Below are positions 1 to 9,415 of a DNA stretch of 64,000 nt, piece after piece. The notes below the pieces were generated by a model that was not told where the DNA came from, made no database searches, and saw only the letters and a list, made by a program, of their open reading frames with translations. Made by a program: the position numbers and the translations under genes. Within the stretch, counting starts at the first letter, position 1. Every line of letters starts with the position of its first letter. Source of the stretch: Candidatus Nanohaloarchaea archaeon (GTDB taxonomy: Archaea > Nanohalarchaeota > Nanosalinia > Nanosalinales > Nanosalinaceae); the NCBI GenBank assembly GCA_041640035.1, contig JBEQBC010000001.1:1-64000 (forward strand), given 5' to 3'.

Positions 1-125
1 CCTTTTGTACCTGTTCTGAGAACTATAGAGAGAAGTTCTGTATCTGAGAGATGACTGACACCTTTTTCCTGAAGCTTTTCACGAGGACGCTCCTCTTCAG
101 GAAGATCCTTGATCCTGTAATCCAT
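1..125 (-). CDS. radC: RadC/UPF0758 family protein, N-terminal part (runs off window start)
   Basis: Not in the ORF track. Manual translation from ATG at 125 gives [41 protein letters not shown], the typical RadC N-terminus (RPREKL...G...LSDxELLxxxLRTG). Confidence 0.85.
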   Translation of the reverse strand, partial: MDYRIKDLPEEERPREKLQEKGVSHLSDTELLSIVLRTGTK

Positions 126-264
126 AAATGGTTCAAAAAATTCCTACCTACAAAAAACTTGTTTGTACGGAATCTAAGCTTTCATGTACTGTTCTGTGAA
201 GCAGTGCCTCCGTGAATGGAGTTGAACCTGTAAATAAATATTTTGACCTGCAAACCCTGTTTCT

Positions 265-1053
265 ATGAAGGAACTTGTACAAAATCCTGATCTGGAAGAA
301 GCTGAAGAACTGCTGGAAGAGTACCTTAGAAGAGACCACACTGTACAGGTAAACGGTCTGTGCAGCGTGAACTACCAGGGAAGAGCTAAGTCCAAACTGG
401 ATAGAGGAGAAAGAATGGTCATCAAGAAACAGGACTCCGCTATACTGGTGCACGGCCCGGATAACTACCAACCGAAGAACTGGCAGCCAGAAGTCGACAG
501 CTACTCTGTGGAGGTAGACGAGGAGAGAGGACATCTCATACTTGAAGCCAAGAGAAGTAATCCTGAGGAGATAGTTGAGATCAGGTTCGAGGAACTGGAC
601 TTCTTGCTCGTAGACAAGATGGTGGACAAGTCAGACCTCAAGATAGCAGGCCACGAAGTAGATATACATGAATCAATAGAGGAGGAACCAGAAATAGTGG
701 AAGAAGGAATGAAAGTCGTTGAACGGGAAAGAGAGACGCCAGCCGGATTCATAGATGTGTTCGCCCGCGATGAAGACGATAACTATGTTGTCATCGAAGT
801 GAAGCGCAACCCTGACTACAACACGGTACTGCAGCTTCAGAGATATGTGGATGAAATAGATGACGAGTTCGCAGGAAATATCAGAGGTATTCTTGTAGCG
901 CCGAAGATGACAGAGAAAGTACTTGATTATCTTGAGGAAAGGGATCTAGAGTTCGTTGAGGTAGATATGGAAGATGTAATTAACTCCTATGAGGCAATCG
1001 ACAACAGCCAGAAAGGATTAAGCGACTTCAGCCCGGAATACAGCTCAGAATAA
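265..1053 (+). CDS. nucS: Endonuclease NucS/EndoMS
   Basis: N-terminal C.V.YQGRA.S.L..GER...K.D.A.LVH..P.NWQP and C-terminal RecB-like D...IEVKR...QLQRY motifs. Confidence 0.93.
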   Translation: MKELVQNPDLEEAEELLEEYLRRDHTVQVNGLCSVNYQGRAKSKLDRGERMVIKKQDSAILVHGPDNYQPKNWQPEVDSYSVEVDEERGHLILEAKRSNPEEIVEIRFEELDFLLVDKMVDKSDLKIAGHEVDIHESIEEEPEIVEEGMKVVERERETPAGFIDVFARDEDDNYVVIEVKRNPDYNTVLQLQRYVDEIDDEFAGNIRGILVAPKMTEKVLDYLEERDLEFVEVDMEDVINSYEAIDNSQKGLSDFSPEYSSE

Positions 1054-1296
1054 CGCTTCTCCAACCCTGTCATAATGATCATCCGTGAAAAGCACCTGTA
1101 CCTCGATACCCTTGTATGTCTCATCTCCAGCTTCCACATCTATCTCAGGAAAACTGGATAAATCCTCTATATCTGCTTCGGACTCTACTTCACCTGACGC
1201 ACCGTAATCGTAACCGTTCAGTTCGCCGTCAAACTCGTACAGATCAACTCGGTTGCCATATGTTTCCAGAGGATTTTTATCAATTTTTCTTGCCAT
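1045..1296 (-). CDS. Small acidic hypothetical protein
   Basis: 83-aa ATG ORF with acidic composition like its neighbours; stop overlaps the nucS 3' end. Confidence 0.6.
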   Translation of the reverse strand: MARKIDKNPLETYGNRVDLYEFDGELNGYDYGASGEVESEADIEDLSSFPEIDVEAGDETYKGIEVQVLFTDDHYDRVGEALF

Positions 1297-1347
1297 AGAA
1301 AAGAAAATGTGGTAGTGGTAAATTAAATAAGTTGTTTATAACAGGTC

Positions 1348-1545
1348 TTAGAAGTCCTCGTGAATCCAGTAAGACTCAACTTTCTCTGCGTTAAACCAGA
1401 TTGTCTCGTTGTCAGCTTCAACCTTCACGAAAGGTTCGCCGACAAACTCGGTGTTGTGCAGATGCAGTTCAGCTTCTTTACCGGAATCAAGACGGATCAT
1501 AAGCTCTCCATTCTCTTCCAGAGCCTGTTCAAGTCGTTCGTACAT
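1348..1545 (-). CDS. Small hypothetical protein (beta-rich, acidic)
   Basis: 65-aa ORF with GAGGT SD upstream and a proteome-typical composition. Confidence 0.65.
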   Translation of the reverse strand: MYERLEQALEENGELMIRLDSGKEAELHLHNTEFVGEPFVKVEADNETIWFNAEKVESYWIHEDF

Positions 1546-1614
1546 TATTCGATCAACCTCATCAAAAGATTAGGCGCTGACTGATAAAAGCCTTTCCGAA
1601 CCACTCAAAACAGT

Positions 1615-3540
1615 ATGTGCGGAATCGCAGGCGGAGCCAAAGCAGAAAAACTAGTCAGTCATATGCAGCATAGAGGTAGCTCAACCTGCGTAAAACACGG
1701 GCTCGCACACCAGCTCCACAAGGTAGTCGGAGAACTCGAACAACCGATCAAGGAAGACGGAGTTCTCACAGCTAACTGCGAAATATACAACTGGAAACAA
1801 CTAAACGAAGAAAACAGCTGGAAGACAGAGAACGACGCCGAAACACTTCTCAAGATGCTGGATAAATATGGAAAAGACGCAGTCAAAAAACTGAACGGAA
1901 TCTACGCGTTCGCATACCAGACAGAGGAAGAAATAATAATTGCAAGAGACCTCCTCGGTGTAAACCCGGTATGGTACAGTGAAGAACCATTCGCATTTGC
2001 ATCAGAAAAACAGGCACTGGAAAAAGAAGGATTTGAACCACGGGAACTGAATCCCCGTCAGGTACTAATCTACGATAGAGAAAACGGGGAAATCAGTTTC
2101 GAGAACCGTGAATTCTACAGTATAGATGAAAAAGATGTCGAACTGGAGGAAGCTGCTGAAGAAGTAGCTGAAAGATTCATGGAGGCGATGGATAAGCGCG
2201 TACCTGATACTGAGGTCGGAGTACTTTTTTCAGGAGGTGTGGACTCTACGCTTGTAGCTGCGGCTTTACAGGAACTTGGTAAGGATTTCACTGCGTATAC
2301 TTCAGGTATCCAGTACGGTAATACCTCGAAGCCCAGGGATGTTGAATGGGCTGAGAAGATCGCTGAAAAGATGGATATGGATCTTGAGGTCAACATGGCT
2401 AGCCTGGAAGATGTAGAGGAAGCATTGCCGAAGATCAGTGAATGGATCTCCTCAGCGAATGTCATCAAGAACAGTGTCGCGTTACCGATGCATTTCGCTC
2501 TCAGTGAATCAGGTGAAGAGCAGGTTGTTTTCACAGGTCTGGGCAGCGAGCATATCTACGCAGGTTACCGGAGACAGGGAGGATATCTGAACAAGGAGTG
2601 TCTGTCGGATCTGCGAGGTGTGTACCATGAGGATCTCTACAGGGATAATGTGGTCTGTTTCAGAAACGGAAGAGAGCTCAGAGTACCTTTCCTGGATGAC
2701 GAACTTGTACGCCACGCATTATCGCTGCCTGAAGAACTGAAAGTAGATGATGACTACAGGAAACTGGTTCTCAGGAAAGCCGCCGAGAAGATAGGTGTGC
2801 CGGAGGAAGTGGCGTGGAGAGGAAAGGTCGCTGCACAGTACGGAAGCAACTTTGACAAAGCGATCTCCAAATTGGCGAAGGAAAACGGTTTCGACCAGAA
2901 ACAGAGATACCTTAACTCGTTCAGAACCCGTGAAGACAAGAAACTGGCTGCACTCACATCAGGAGGTAAAGACTCCAACGCAGCACTTTACAGGATGCAA
3001 CGCAGAAACAATACTATAGAATGCTTGATCTCTCTCACCTCCAAGAACAAGGAGAGCTACATGTTCGACACCCGGAAACATGAGGACGAACTTCAGAGGC
3101 AGTCAGAAATTCTTGGTATCCCGCTTCTTCTTCAGGAGACAGAAGGTGAGAAGGAAGATGAACTGGAGGACCTGAGAACAGCCTTGCAGAGAGCGAAGGA
3201 TGAGTATGGTGTAGAAGGTGTTACTGCCGGAGCAATCGAATCAACCTACCAGCGTGACCGTGTGGATAAAGTGGCGGATGAACTCGGTCTGAAGGTTTTC
3301 ACACCGCTGTGGCAGTTCCAGCAGGATCACTACATGAAATGGCTGGTCAGAAACGGTTTCGAGGTGGAGATTACAAAGGTAGCGGCCCGTGGATTAGATG
3401 AATCCTGGGAAGGCCGAGTTCTTGATATGGAAAGTGTTGAAGAGCTTCTTGATTTGGCTGAAGAGTACCGATTCAATCCTGCAGGTGAAGGCGGCGAGTA
3501 TGAGACTCGTGTGAAAGGTTTTCCTGATGAATTAACCTAG
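1615..3540 (+). CDS. Asparagine synthetase B-like amidotransferase fused to diphthine--ammonia ligase (Dph6)
   Basis: N-terminal MCGI (Ntn Cys), NCEIYN, ARD..G..P, LFSGGVDS PP-loop and ELRVPFLD. The C-terminal ~200 aa has LTSGGKDS, SYMF, GAIES.YQ and GEGGEYET of Dph6. Confidence 0.88.
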   Translation: MCGIAGGAKAEKLVSHMQHRGSSTCVKHGLAHQLHKVVGELEQPIKEDGVLTANCEIYNWKQLNEENSWKTENDAETLLKMLDKYGKDAVKKLNGIYAFAYQTEEEIIIARDLLGVNPVWYSEEPFAFASEKQALEKEGFEPRELNPRQVLIYDRENGEISFENREFYSIDEKDVELEEAAEEVAERFMEAMDKRVPDTEVGVLFSGGVDSTLVAAALQELGKDFTAYTSGIQYGNTSKPRDVEWAEKIAEKMDMDLEVNMASLEDVEEALPKISEWISSANVIKNSVALPMHFALSESGEEQVVFTGLGSEHIYAGYRRQGGYLNKECLSDLRGVYHEDLYRDNVVCFRNGRELRVPFLDDELVRHALSLPEELKVDDDYRKLVLRKAAEKIGVPEEVAWRGKVAAQYGSNFDKAISKLAKENGFDQKQRYLNSFRTREDKKLAALTSGGKDSNAALYRMQRRNNTIECLISLTSKNKESYMFDTRKHEDELQRQSEILGIPLLLQETEGEKEDELEDLRTALQRAKDEYGVEGVTAGAIESTYQRDRVDKVADELGLKVFTPLWQFQQDHYMKWLVRNGFEVEITKVAARGLDESWEGRVLDMESVEELLDLAEEYRFNPAGEGGEYETRVKGFPDELT

Positions 3541-4020
3541 TTTGCTTATCATCCAGTCCTGGATATTTTCTCCGTCGCTATCGAACTGGAATACTGCTTC
3601 AAAGTTGATTCCTTCGAACATTATCGGCATCCAGTATTTATCGTCCGGCCACATCCTGTCGTACGGTATTTCGTCTATCTCTATCCATTCAGGTACTGCT
3701 TCCTCTGTCTCCTCTGGTTCTCCGGTGTACTCTTCTGTTATGTATACATGTACCTGGTGGAACGGGTTGTCTCCGAAGATGAAGTCGACTTCGCCGACTT
3801 TCTCGACATTTTTAGGTGTTACACCTACTTCCTCTTCTACTTCTCTTACTGCGGCTTCTTTTATCGTGTCGTCCTGGTCTTCGACCTTTCCGCCGGGGCC
3901 GTTGATGTTTCCTTCCCCGATTCCGCGTTTCTGCTCGATCAGAAGTACTTCATCTCCATCTACTACATAGCAGAGTGTTGCTATCTCATCGAACTCTTCA
4001 GGGTTGTGTTCTCGTTCCAT
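3532..4020 (-). CDS. Nudix hydrolase, 8-oxo-dGTP diphosphatase (MTH1-like)
   Basis: KRGIGEG.INGPGGKVE...AAVREVEEEVG Nudix box and IPYD.MWPDD.YW motif. Likely start is ATG 4020, not the upstream ORF-track start. Confidence 0.88.
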   Translation of the reverse strand: MEREHNPEEFDEIATLCYVVDGDEVLLIEQKRGIGEGNINGPGGKVEDQDDTIKEAAVREVEEEVGVTPKNVEKVGEVDFIFGDNPFHQVHVYITEEYTGEPEETEEAVPEWIEIDEIPYDRMWPDDKYWMPIMFEGINFEAVFQFDSDGENIQDWMISKLG

Positions 4021-4055
4021 AATAGGAAAAAATAAGTTTGTAAGAGATGGCTTTT

Positions 4056-4760
4056 TTATTCTGCTGCGTCGCTTTCCCATCCTTCAGTGATGATGCTGTC
4101 CTCGTCAACTCCTTCGTCCTGAAGTAGTTCCTCTGTATCTACTACCATCTGAGGTACCCCGCAGATGTAGAAGTCTTTGTCGTCCATGCTGTCGAGAACT
4201 TCTGGGATGTGTTCCTGGATGAATCCTGTTCTTTTGCTCCAGTCCTCGTCGCTGAGGCTGTAGATAACTTCTAGGTTGTCGTGTTCGGCTTCTAATTGGT
4301 CGAGGCTTTCCTGGAAGATCAGGTGTTCCTGTGTTTTCTCGCCGTGGAAGTAGTATACATCTCCGTTTCCATTTTCCAGGTAGTCTCGTAGCATCGCGTA
4401 CATAGGTGTGGCTCCTGTTCCTGTGGAGATAAGTACGATGTCGTTGTCGTAGTCTTCGATGTGTAGGTTTCCGTGAGGTTCTTCTACCTCTACTTCGTCA
4501 CCTAGTTCTCTTTCATGCATCCATACGCTTGCTGTTCCGTCATCGTATTTCTTGATTGCTAGAACGAATTTTTCGGTGTTTGGAAGGTTGATTGGTGTGT
4601 ATGGTCTTTCGACTTCTTCCCCGTTTTCGTCTTCGAACCGGATTACTGTGTGCTGTCCGGGTTCGAATTCCCATTTTTTGTCGTCTAGCTCCAGCTGGAA
4701 CTGTTTGACTGTGGGGGTTATCTGGTCGACTGACCGAAGTTCTGCGTTGTCGTAACTCAT
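4056..4760 (-). CDS. Ferredoxin-NADP reductase-like FAD/NAD(P)H oxidoreductase
   Basis: FEPGQH, RPYTP, G.AS.W, PHGN, ISTGTGATP and YICGVP.MV motifs. Confidence 0.9.
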   Translation of the reverse strand: MSYDNAELRSVDQITPTVKQFQLELDDKKWEFEPGQHTVIRFEDENGEEVERPYTPINLPNTEKFVLAIKKYDDGTASVWMHERELGDEVEVEEPHGNLHIEDYDNDIVLISTGTGATPMYAMLRDYLENGNGDVYYFHGEKTQEHLIFQESLDQLEAEHDNLEVIYSLSDEDWSKRTGFIQEHIPEVLDSMDDKDFYICGVPQMVVDTEELLQDEGVDEDSIITEGWESDAAE

Positions 4761-4803
4761 AACCTGGTACTTCTTTCCAACTGTTTAATCCTTTTCGCCG
4801 AGT

Positions 4804-5280
4804 CTAGAAGATCAGTGTCAGGAGGTATACTATCAGTACGGTCAAGGTTAGAAATGTCTGGATAACTGTTGATCCGAGTACGCCGATACCTGAGTAGACT
4901 GCTGATTTCCCGCTTATCTCTTTATCTCCATGTATAAGGTACTCTCTGAAGTAGACGGTTGCTACTACCAGCGCTAGCATCCCTACCGGTCCGCCTAGGA
5001 AGAAGAATCCAAGTATTCCGGCGATTCCTGCCATGAAGCTGGTTTTCGTGGATGCGCCTCCGTACTTTGCGGCCAGTGATCCTGCCAGCCAGTCAGCTGC
5101 CAGTGCGAAACCTGCTATCGTCAGAGAGAACAGTATGTAGATCAGGCTGGGGTCTGGGTTCGTTGCGATGTATACGGCTGTTGCCATGAGTGATAGAAGT
5201 GCTCCTGGGACTGCTGGTGCGATGCTTCCCAGTACTCCGCCTATCAGGAGTAGAAGTATGATTAGGTTTGCTGGATCCAT
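4804..5280 (-). CDS. DUF456-like membrane protein
   Basis: G..GS.AP.VPG.LL and D..AG..AAKYGGAS motifs; about 5 TM segments. Confidence 0.75.
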   Translation of the reverse strand: MDPANLIILLLLIGGVLGSIAPAVPGALLSLMATAVYIATNPDPSLIYILFSLTIAGFALAADWLAGSLAAKYGGASTKTSFMAGIAGILGFFFLGGPVGMLALVVATVYFREYLIHGDKEISGKSAVYSGIGVLGSTVIQTFLTLTVLIVYLLTLIF

Positions 5281-5321
5281 AAAGGATAGAGTTTAGAGAG
5301 AATCTAAAAAAGATGTGTTTT

Positions 5322-5720
5322 TTATTTCCCTGTTTCTCTGAACAGGTAGAATCCGTAGGTCATGTATACGAATCCTAGTGCGATTCCTCCGTGGAAGAAC
5401 ATGTACCAGAAGCTGTTATCCAGTCCTAGGAATGGTGGTGCTTCCTGTAGGTGCCAGATGATGTGCGGTACGCTGTTCAGGATGAATACTGCCATTCCGA
5501 TTCCCATGAATGTCAGGTACCGTGCTACTTCTCCTCCCCATACCTGAGCTGATCTGTAGATGTAGTATATTGAGATAAGTCCTGCCGGCACTATGAGGAA
5601 TGCTGCGGCTGTCAGTGGTCCAGGTACTCCTATCTGTTTGAGCACTCCTACAAGGATTGATATTCCGAATGCTGTGGCTATCACTCCTTTGTCTTTCTGT
5701 GTCAGTAGTTCTGAGATCAT
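5322..5720 (-). CDS. 4-TM membrane protein, paralog of 5717-6124
   Basis: Hydrophobic 132 aa. Shares LT.KDKGV, GG..R.L, PH..WH, FFH and YGF..F.E.GK with its neighbour; ATGA overlap. Confidence 0.8.
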   Translation of the reverse strand: MISELLTQKDKGVIATAFGISILVGVLKQIGVPGPLTAAAFLIVPAGLISIYYIYRSAQVWGGEVARYLTFMGIGMAVFILNSVPHIIWHLQEAPPFLGLDNSFWYMFFHGGIALGFVYMTYGFYLFRETGK

Positions 5721-6124
5721 TCTTTACCACCTTCGTAGAATACCTTGAATCCGTAGGCCGCTATGAAGAATATCACTGCTGTTGAGGCATGGAAGAATGT
5801 TTCTATCGCTGCACCTTTCGCTGGTCCGATGTTTCTCACTCCTGTAATGTGCCAGTAGAGGTGTGGTAGTATGTATACTGCGTAGTATCCGACGCTGACT
5901 GCTACAAGTGCAAGTGCGCGTCCTGCTACTCCTCCTACCAGTTTGATTCCGTTATAGACATAGTAGAGCGCGAATGCCCCTGAGATTGCCAGTGCAATAT
6001 CACCGACTGATTCGATCTGTATACCGAGATCCAGGATCATCGATACCGTGGAGGCTGCTAGAAGTACTGCAAACCCTCCTACAACTACTCCCTTGTCTTT
6101 TCTGGTAAGAGAATCTAAAACCAT
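5717..6124 (-). CDS. 4-TM membrane protein, paralog of 5322-5720
   Basis: Hydrophobic 135 aa with the same shared motifs. Confidence 0.8.
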   Translation of the reverse strand: MVLDSLTRKDKGVVVGGFAVLLAASTVSMILDLGIQIESVGDIALAISGAFALYYVYNGIKLVGGVAGRALALVAVSVGYYAVYILPHLYWHITGVRNIGPAKGAAIETFFHASTAVIFFIAAYGFKVFYEGGKE

Positions 6125-6148
6125 TAATTTTGAATGAAGTTAGCTTGT

Positions 6149-6700
6149 TTATAAGTTTTTCATTTTAGAAGTGATTTTTGCCACCAAGCCTTTCTCTGTA
6201 TCCTGACTGTCTTCTTCATGTGGCTGTATCTCCTCAGGTAGAAGCTCCGTCTTTTCGCTGGAAACATCCGATAACGCCTTTCTTATCTTTTCGTTGGCGG
6301 TTTCCTCTCCCATGTAAATTTCATACTGGTTGATCAGGTTCTGCAAGGCGTTCCGCCCTGTCCCGTAGTACGCTTTTATCTCGCCTTCAGGCGTTATCTC
6401 AAGAGGGGCCTGTCTCGCGTACTTCTGCCCTATCTTCCTGCCGAAGATCGAGGTCATCTTGTCAAGAATCTCTTGTAGACATTCAAGATAGAACTCTTGA
6501 TGCTCTGTATAACTTCTCAGGATCTCGACCGTTTCCTCTCCCTTGCCGTAGAAACCTGTAATCTCTCCGTCGGAGTTGATTTTGAGCGGTGTCTTCCTCG
6601 CCCATTTCAAAGCAGTCTCCTCTCCCAGAGCCTCCCTTTCTTCATCAACTATCCTCTTCATCAAGTCCAGGTAGTACTCCTGACGGTTTTCATCACTCAT
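6149..6700 (-). CDS. Soluble protein with an internal tandem domain duplication
   Basis: QEYYLD...ARKTPLKINSDGEITGFYGKG repeats as QEFYLE...ARQAPLEITPEGEIKAYYGTG. Start taken as ATG 6700. Confidence 0.8.
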   Translation of the reverse strand: MSDENRQEYYLDLMKRIVDEEREALGEETALKWARKTPLKINSDGEITGFYGKGEETVEILRSYTEHQEFYLECLQEILDKMTSIFGRKIGQKYARQAPLEITPEGEIKAYYGTGRNALQNLINQYEIYMGEETANEKIRKALSDVSSEKTELLPEEIQPHEEDSQDTEKGLVAKITSKMKNL

Positions 6701-6796
6701 AATCAATGATTATTATTGTTCTATTATACCTATTTGGGTTAAATTACCACAATTTTTTACTAGAATTTCCCGACTACTTTAGTTCTATCAAGAAGT

Positions 6797-7189
6797 ATGT
6801 CTAATCTAGAGCGAAGATTAGATCTGAAAAAGAACTTTGTTGAGCTTATATTGTTAGTCGCTACTATATTGTTCTCTTTGGGGGATTTAGACTCATTTAC
6901 TAATCTTTTTATTCTATTGATATTCAGCAGTCTTCTTTACTATATGGCCATTATACGGCATGAATTCTTTTCTGAAGGAGGTAGATTTAGGTCTTATCTG
7001 GGTTACTATCTATTAGTTTGGGGTGCTGTAGGTATTGCTACTACTTTCTCTCTGATAATGAAAGAAATTATGTCGCCTTTGACTCACTCAATAACTCTAT
7101 GGTTCTATACCCTAATCACGGCAAGTATTATCTTAATTGCTTTAGGTAGAGAACAAGATTTGCCGATAAATGGGCCAGACGGGATTTGA
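6797..7189 (+). CDS. AT-rich hypothetical membrane protein
   Basis: 130-aa hydrophobic ORF, T-rich and not acidic; its last codons overlap the antisense tRNA 3' end. Confidence 0.55.
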   Translation: MSNLERRLDLKKNFVELILLVATILFSLGDLDSFTNLFILLIFSSLLYYMAIIRHEFFSEGGRFRSYLGYYLLVWGAVGIATTFSLIMKEIMSPLTHSITLWFYTLITASIILIALGREQDLPINGPDGI

Positions 7190-7244
7190 ACCCGCGACCA
7201 CTTGGTTAAGAGCCAAGCGCTCTGCCAGACTGAGCTACCGGCCC
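7171..7244 (-). tRNA. tRNA-Lys (anticodon CUU), intronless, CCA not encoded
   Basis: Reverse complement GGGCCGGTAGCTCAGTCTGGCAGAGCGCTTGGCTCTTAACCAAGTGGTCGCGGGTTCAAATCCCGTCTGGCCCA folds as a cloverleaf with anticodon stem CTTGG/CCAAG, loop CT-CTT-AA and T-loop GTTCAAATC. Confidence 0.96.
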
Positions 7245-7344
7245 AAGGTGGTAGCAGTGTATCTTTGAGTTTTGATTGATTAGTTCTTTATAGACTTTGA
7301 TAGAAAAGAGAGAGGGTATTAAGGAAAAATTATATTGAGGGGGT

Positions 7345-7899
7345 TTATTCTCTGAGTTCTGTTTTCCGGACTTCCAGTTCTCTGAATGGGTAGATTTCGT
7401 CTACTGCGTCTCTGAGCTCTGCCTGAAGATTGTCCTGGAAGATGTTTTCCATGAGTTCTTCGTAGGTTTGTTCGCTTGTCTTTTCTTCAGTGATTGCCTG
7501 AATCCGGTTTCTTGCTTCGTTCAGTTTCTTTTTGGAGGTCTTCTTCAGTGTTGCTCCGACGAACTTGATTCTTACTTCTCTGTCGTCTTTGGTTGTGAAG
7601 TCCTCTACATAGTCGAACCGGTTGCTTCGCTTTCTTACCATTCTGGAGACAAACTCTTTGCTGCACTCCATTCCGTCAATTTCTGTGAAGGCTTTGTTTC
7701 CTTCAACTTCTGTTACTTTGAGTTCGACATCTACATAGTACTTGCTGGTATCGTCCATCAGTTCGGTTAGGCTTTCCTTAACTCTTCTGCTGACTACCTG
7801 AGAGTCCTTCTCTGCAGGTGTCTCTGTTACTACATCTTCATCGAATATTTCCGGTGTCTGTATTTCATACCAGTTTTTCTGTATTACAGCCTTAGCCAT
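7345..7899 (-). CDS. rps3ae: 30S ribosomal protein eS1 (S3Ae)
   Basis: K.WYEI.TP..F, R.V...L.EL and IYP.R.LEVRK.E motifs; conserved position after the DHH gene. Confidence 0.9.
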   Translation of the reverse strand: MAKAVIQKNWYEIQTPEIFDEDVVTETPAEKDSQVVSRRVKESLTELMDDTSKYYVDVELKVTEVEGNKAFTEIDGMECSKEFVSRMVRKRSNRFDYVEDFTTKDDREVRIKFVGATLKKTSKKKLNEARNRIQAITEEKTSEQTYEELMENIFQDNLQAELRDAVDEIYPFRELEVRKTELRE

Positions 7900-7947
7900 A
7901 TCTCATACTCGAGAATTAAAACTTTATAAACGGTGGGACCCTTTTCC

Positions 7948-9315
7948 CTATGCTTCCGTCACTTCGTCTGCTATCTTCTCTTCCACCTGGTTGATGAACT
8001 TGTGCTTGTTCTCCTCCGGTATCTTCGCTCCAGCAGCGATGTTATGTCCTCCACCTTCGCCGTCAAGCTCCTCACAGATCTCTCCAATAATCTCTCCCAG
8101 GTTCAATCCGGCTTCAACAACTTCCTTGTCGGCCCGGGTGGAGACCTTGATCTTGTCTTTCTCGGCTTCAGCCAGTCCCATGATTACAGGTGAGTTGAAC
8201 AAGCCGTTGCTCATGGAGATAGTTGTTACGGTACCGATGAAGTCGTCGCTGATGTTTGAACCTGCGTCTATCACGCCGATGTTCTCCTCGTAGATCACAT
8301 CGTCGTTCTCACGGTTGTCCTCAACGAAACGCAGTGACTTGGATATCTTCCGTCCGTACTGACTGGAGATCTTTTCAGCCATCTCCTGATCGTCTTCAAG
8401 AAGGATGTGGACTCCTTTCTCGGCTTTACCGAGTCTTCCGCATGCGTTGATTACGGTTGAGTATTCATCGATTTCGTAGCCGTTCTGAAGTGTGTAGATG
8501 GAGTTCATCAGTTCTTCGACAGGGAAGCCCTGTGTGATCATCTTGTGTATCAGTTGTTTCTCTTCTTCTGGGCTGAGGTCTGCCAGTGTTCTGAAGTCGC
8601 CGTTATCTCTTACATCGATGCCCGCTGACTTCACAAGCTGTATCGCACCGGATTCATCGTTGCTTACACCTTCTAGGTATGGATCGGTGGTGTACATCAG
8701 TGACTGCTGGATTGGCTTGGTGGTTCTTCCGTACAGGTCTAATCCTTTTCGTTTTTCGACTAGTCCTTGTTCGACTGCTTCTTCCGCGAGTTCTTGATTT
8801 AGGCCCATGAATTCTCCTTCCTGTTTCTGTACATCTCCTGTAGCTCCTACAAGGGCGTACTGTACGAGGTCTGTGTTGTCTTCGCTGACTTTTTTGGATA
8901 GTAGGTAGGTTACTCCTGCTGCGGAGATTGCTTCTCCTCCGTCGATTCCCAGGAAGTGTGGGTTGATGTGTATGAAGTCGCCTTCGATCTGTGGTTCGTG
9001 GTGGTCGCTGACGATGACTTCTTTATCTGTATTTTCGATTATGTGTTCCTGTATTAGTTCTGACTGTCCTGATCCGATATCGACGAAGAGCAGCAGTTCT
9101 TCGTCTTCTTCTGCGATTCTTTCTACACCTTCCTCGTATAACTGTTTGACTATTTCGTATTCGAAGTCTTTTCCTAGTCTTTCAAGCATTTTATGCGCTA
9201 TGGCGGTGGCTGATATGCCGTCTGCGTCGTACTGTCCGATTAGTCTTATTTTGCCGTCGTATTCCTTCAGTTTGTCTGCGGCAGGTTCTGCTGCTTCTAG
9301 AATTTCCTCAACCAT
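7948..9315 (-). CDS. DHH/DHHA1 RecJ-like nuclease (GAN/Cdc45-type)
   Basis: DADG, VDIGSG, SDHH, GATGD and GGGHNIAAGA motifs; canonical rps15-RecJ-rps3ae context. Confidence 0.88.
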   Translation of the reverse strand: MVEEILEAAEPAADKLKEYDGKIRLIGQYDADGISATAIAHKMLERLGKDFEYEIVKQLYEEGVERIAEEDEELLLFVDIGSGQSELIQEHIIENTDKEVIVSDHHEPQIEGDFIHINPHFLGIDGGEAISAAGVTYLLSKKVSEDNTDLVQYALVGATGDVQKQEGEFMGLNQELAEEAVEQGLVEKRKGLDLYGRTTKPIQQSLMYTTDPYLEGVSNDESGAIQLVKSAGIDVRDNGDFRTLADLSPEEEKQLIHKMITQGFPVEELMNSIYTLQNGYEIDEYSTVINACGRLGKAEKGVHILLEDDQEMAEKISSQYGRKISKSLRFVEDNRENDDVIYEENIGVIDAGSNISDDFIGTVTTISMSNGLFNSPVIMGLAEAEKDKIKVSTRADKEVVEAGLNLGEIIGEICEELDGEGGGHNIAAGAKIPEENKHKFINQVEEKIADEVTEA

Positions 9316-9415
9316 ACTCTGTATTCAGATAGTCTAACTTTTTACAGTTAAGGTCGAGTAGGATTTGAAGTAGAATAGAAGTAAGAAAATAGGTTGTGGA
9401 AGTTAGGTAAGAGAG

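Noticed and set aside
6710-7244. Intact integrative element or provirus at tRNA-Lys
   Set aside because: No integrase, and no second copy of the tRNA 3' end was seen in the window; kept only as a possible remnant.
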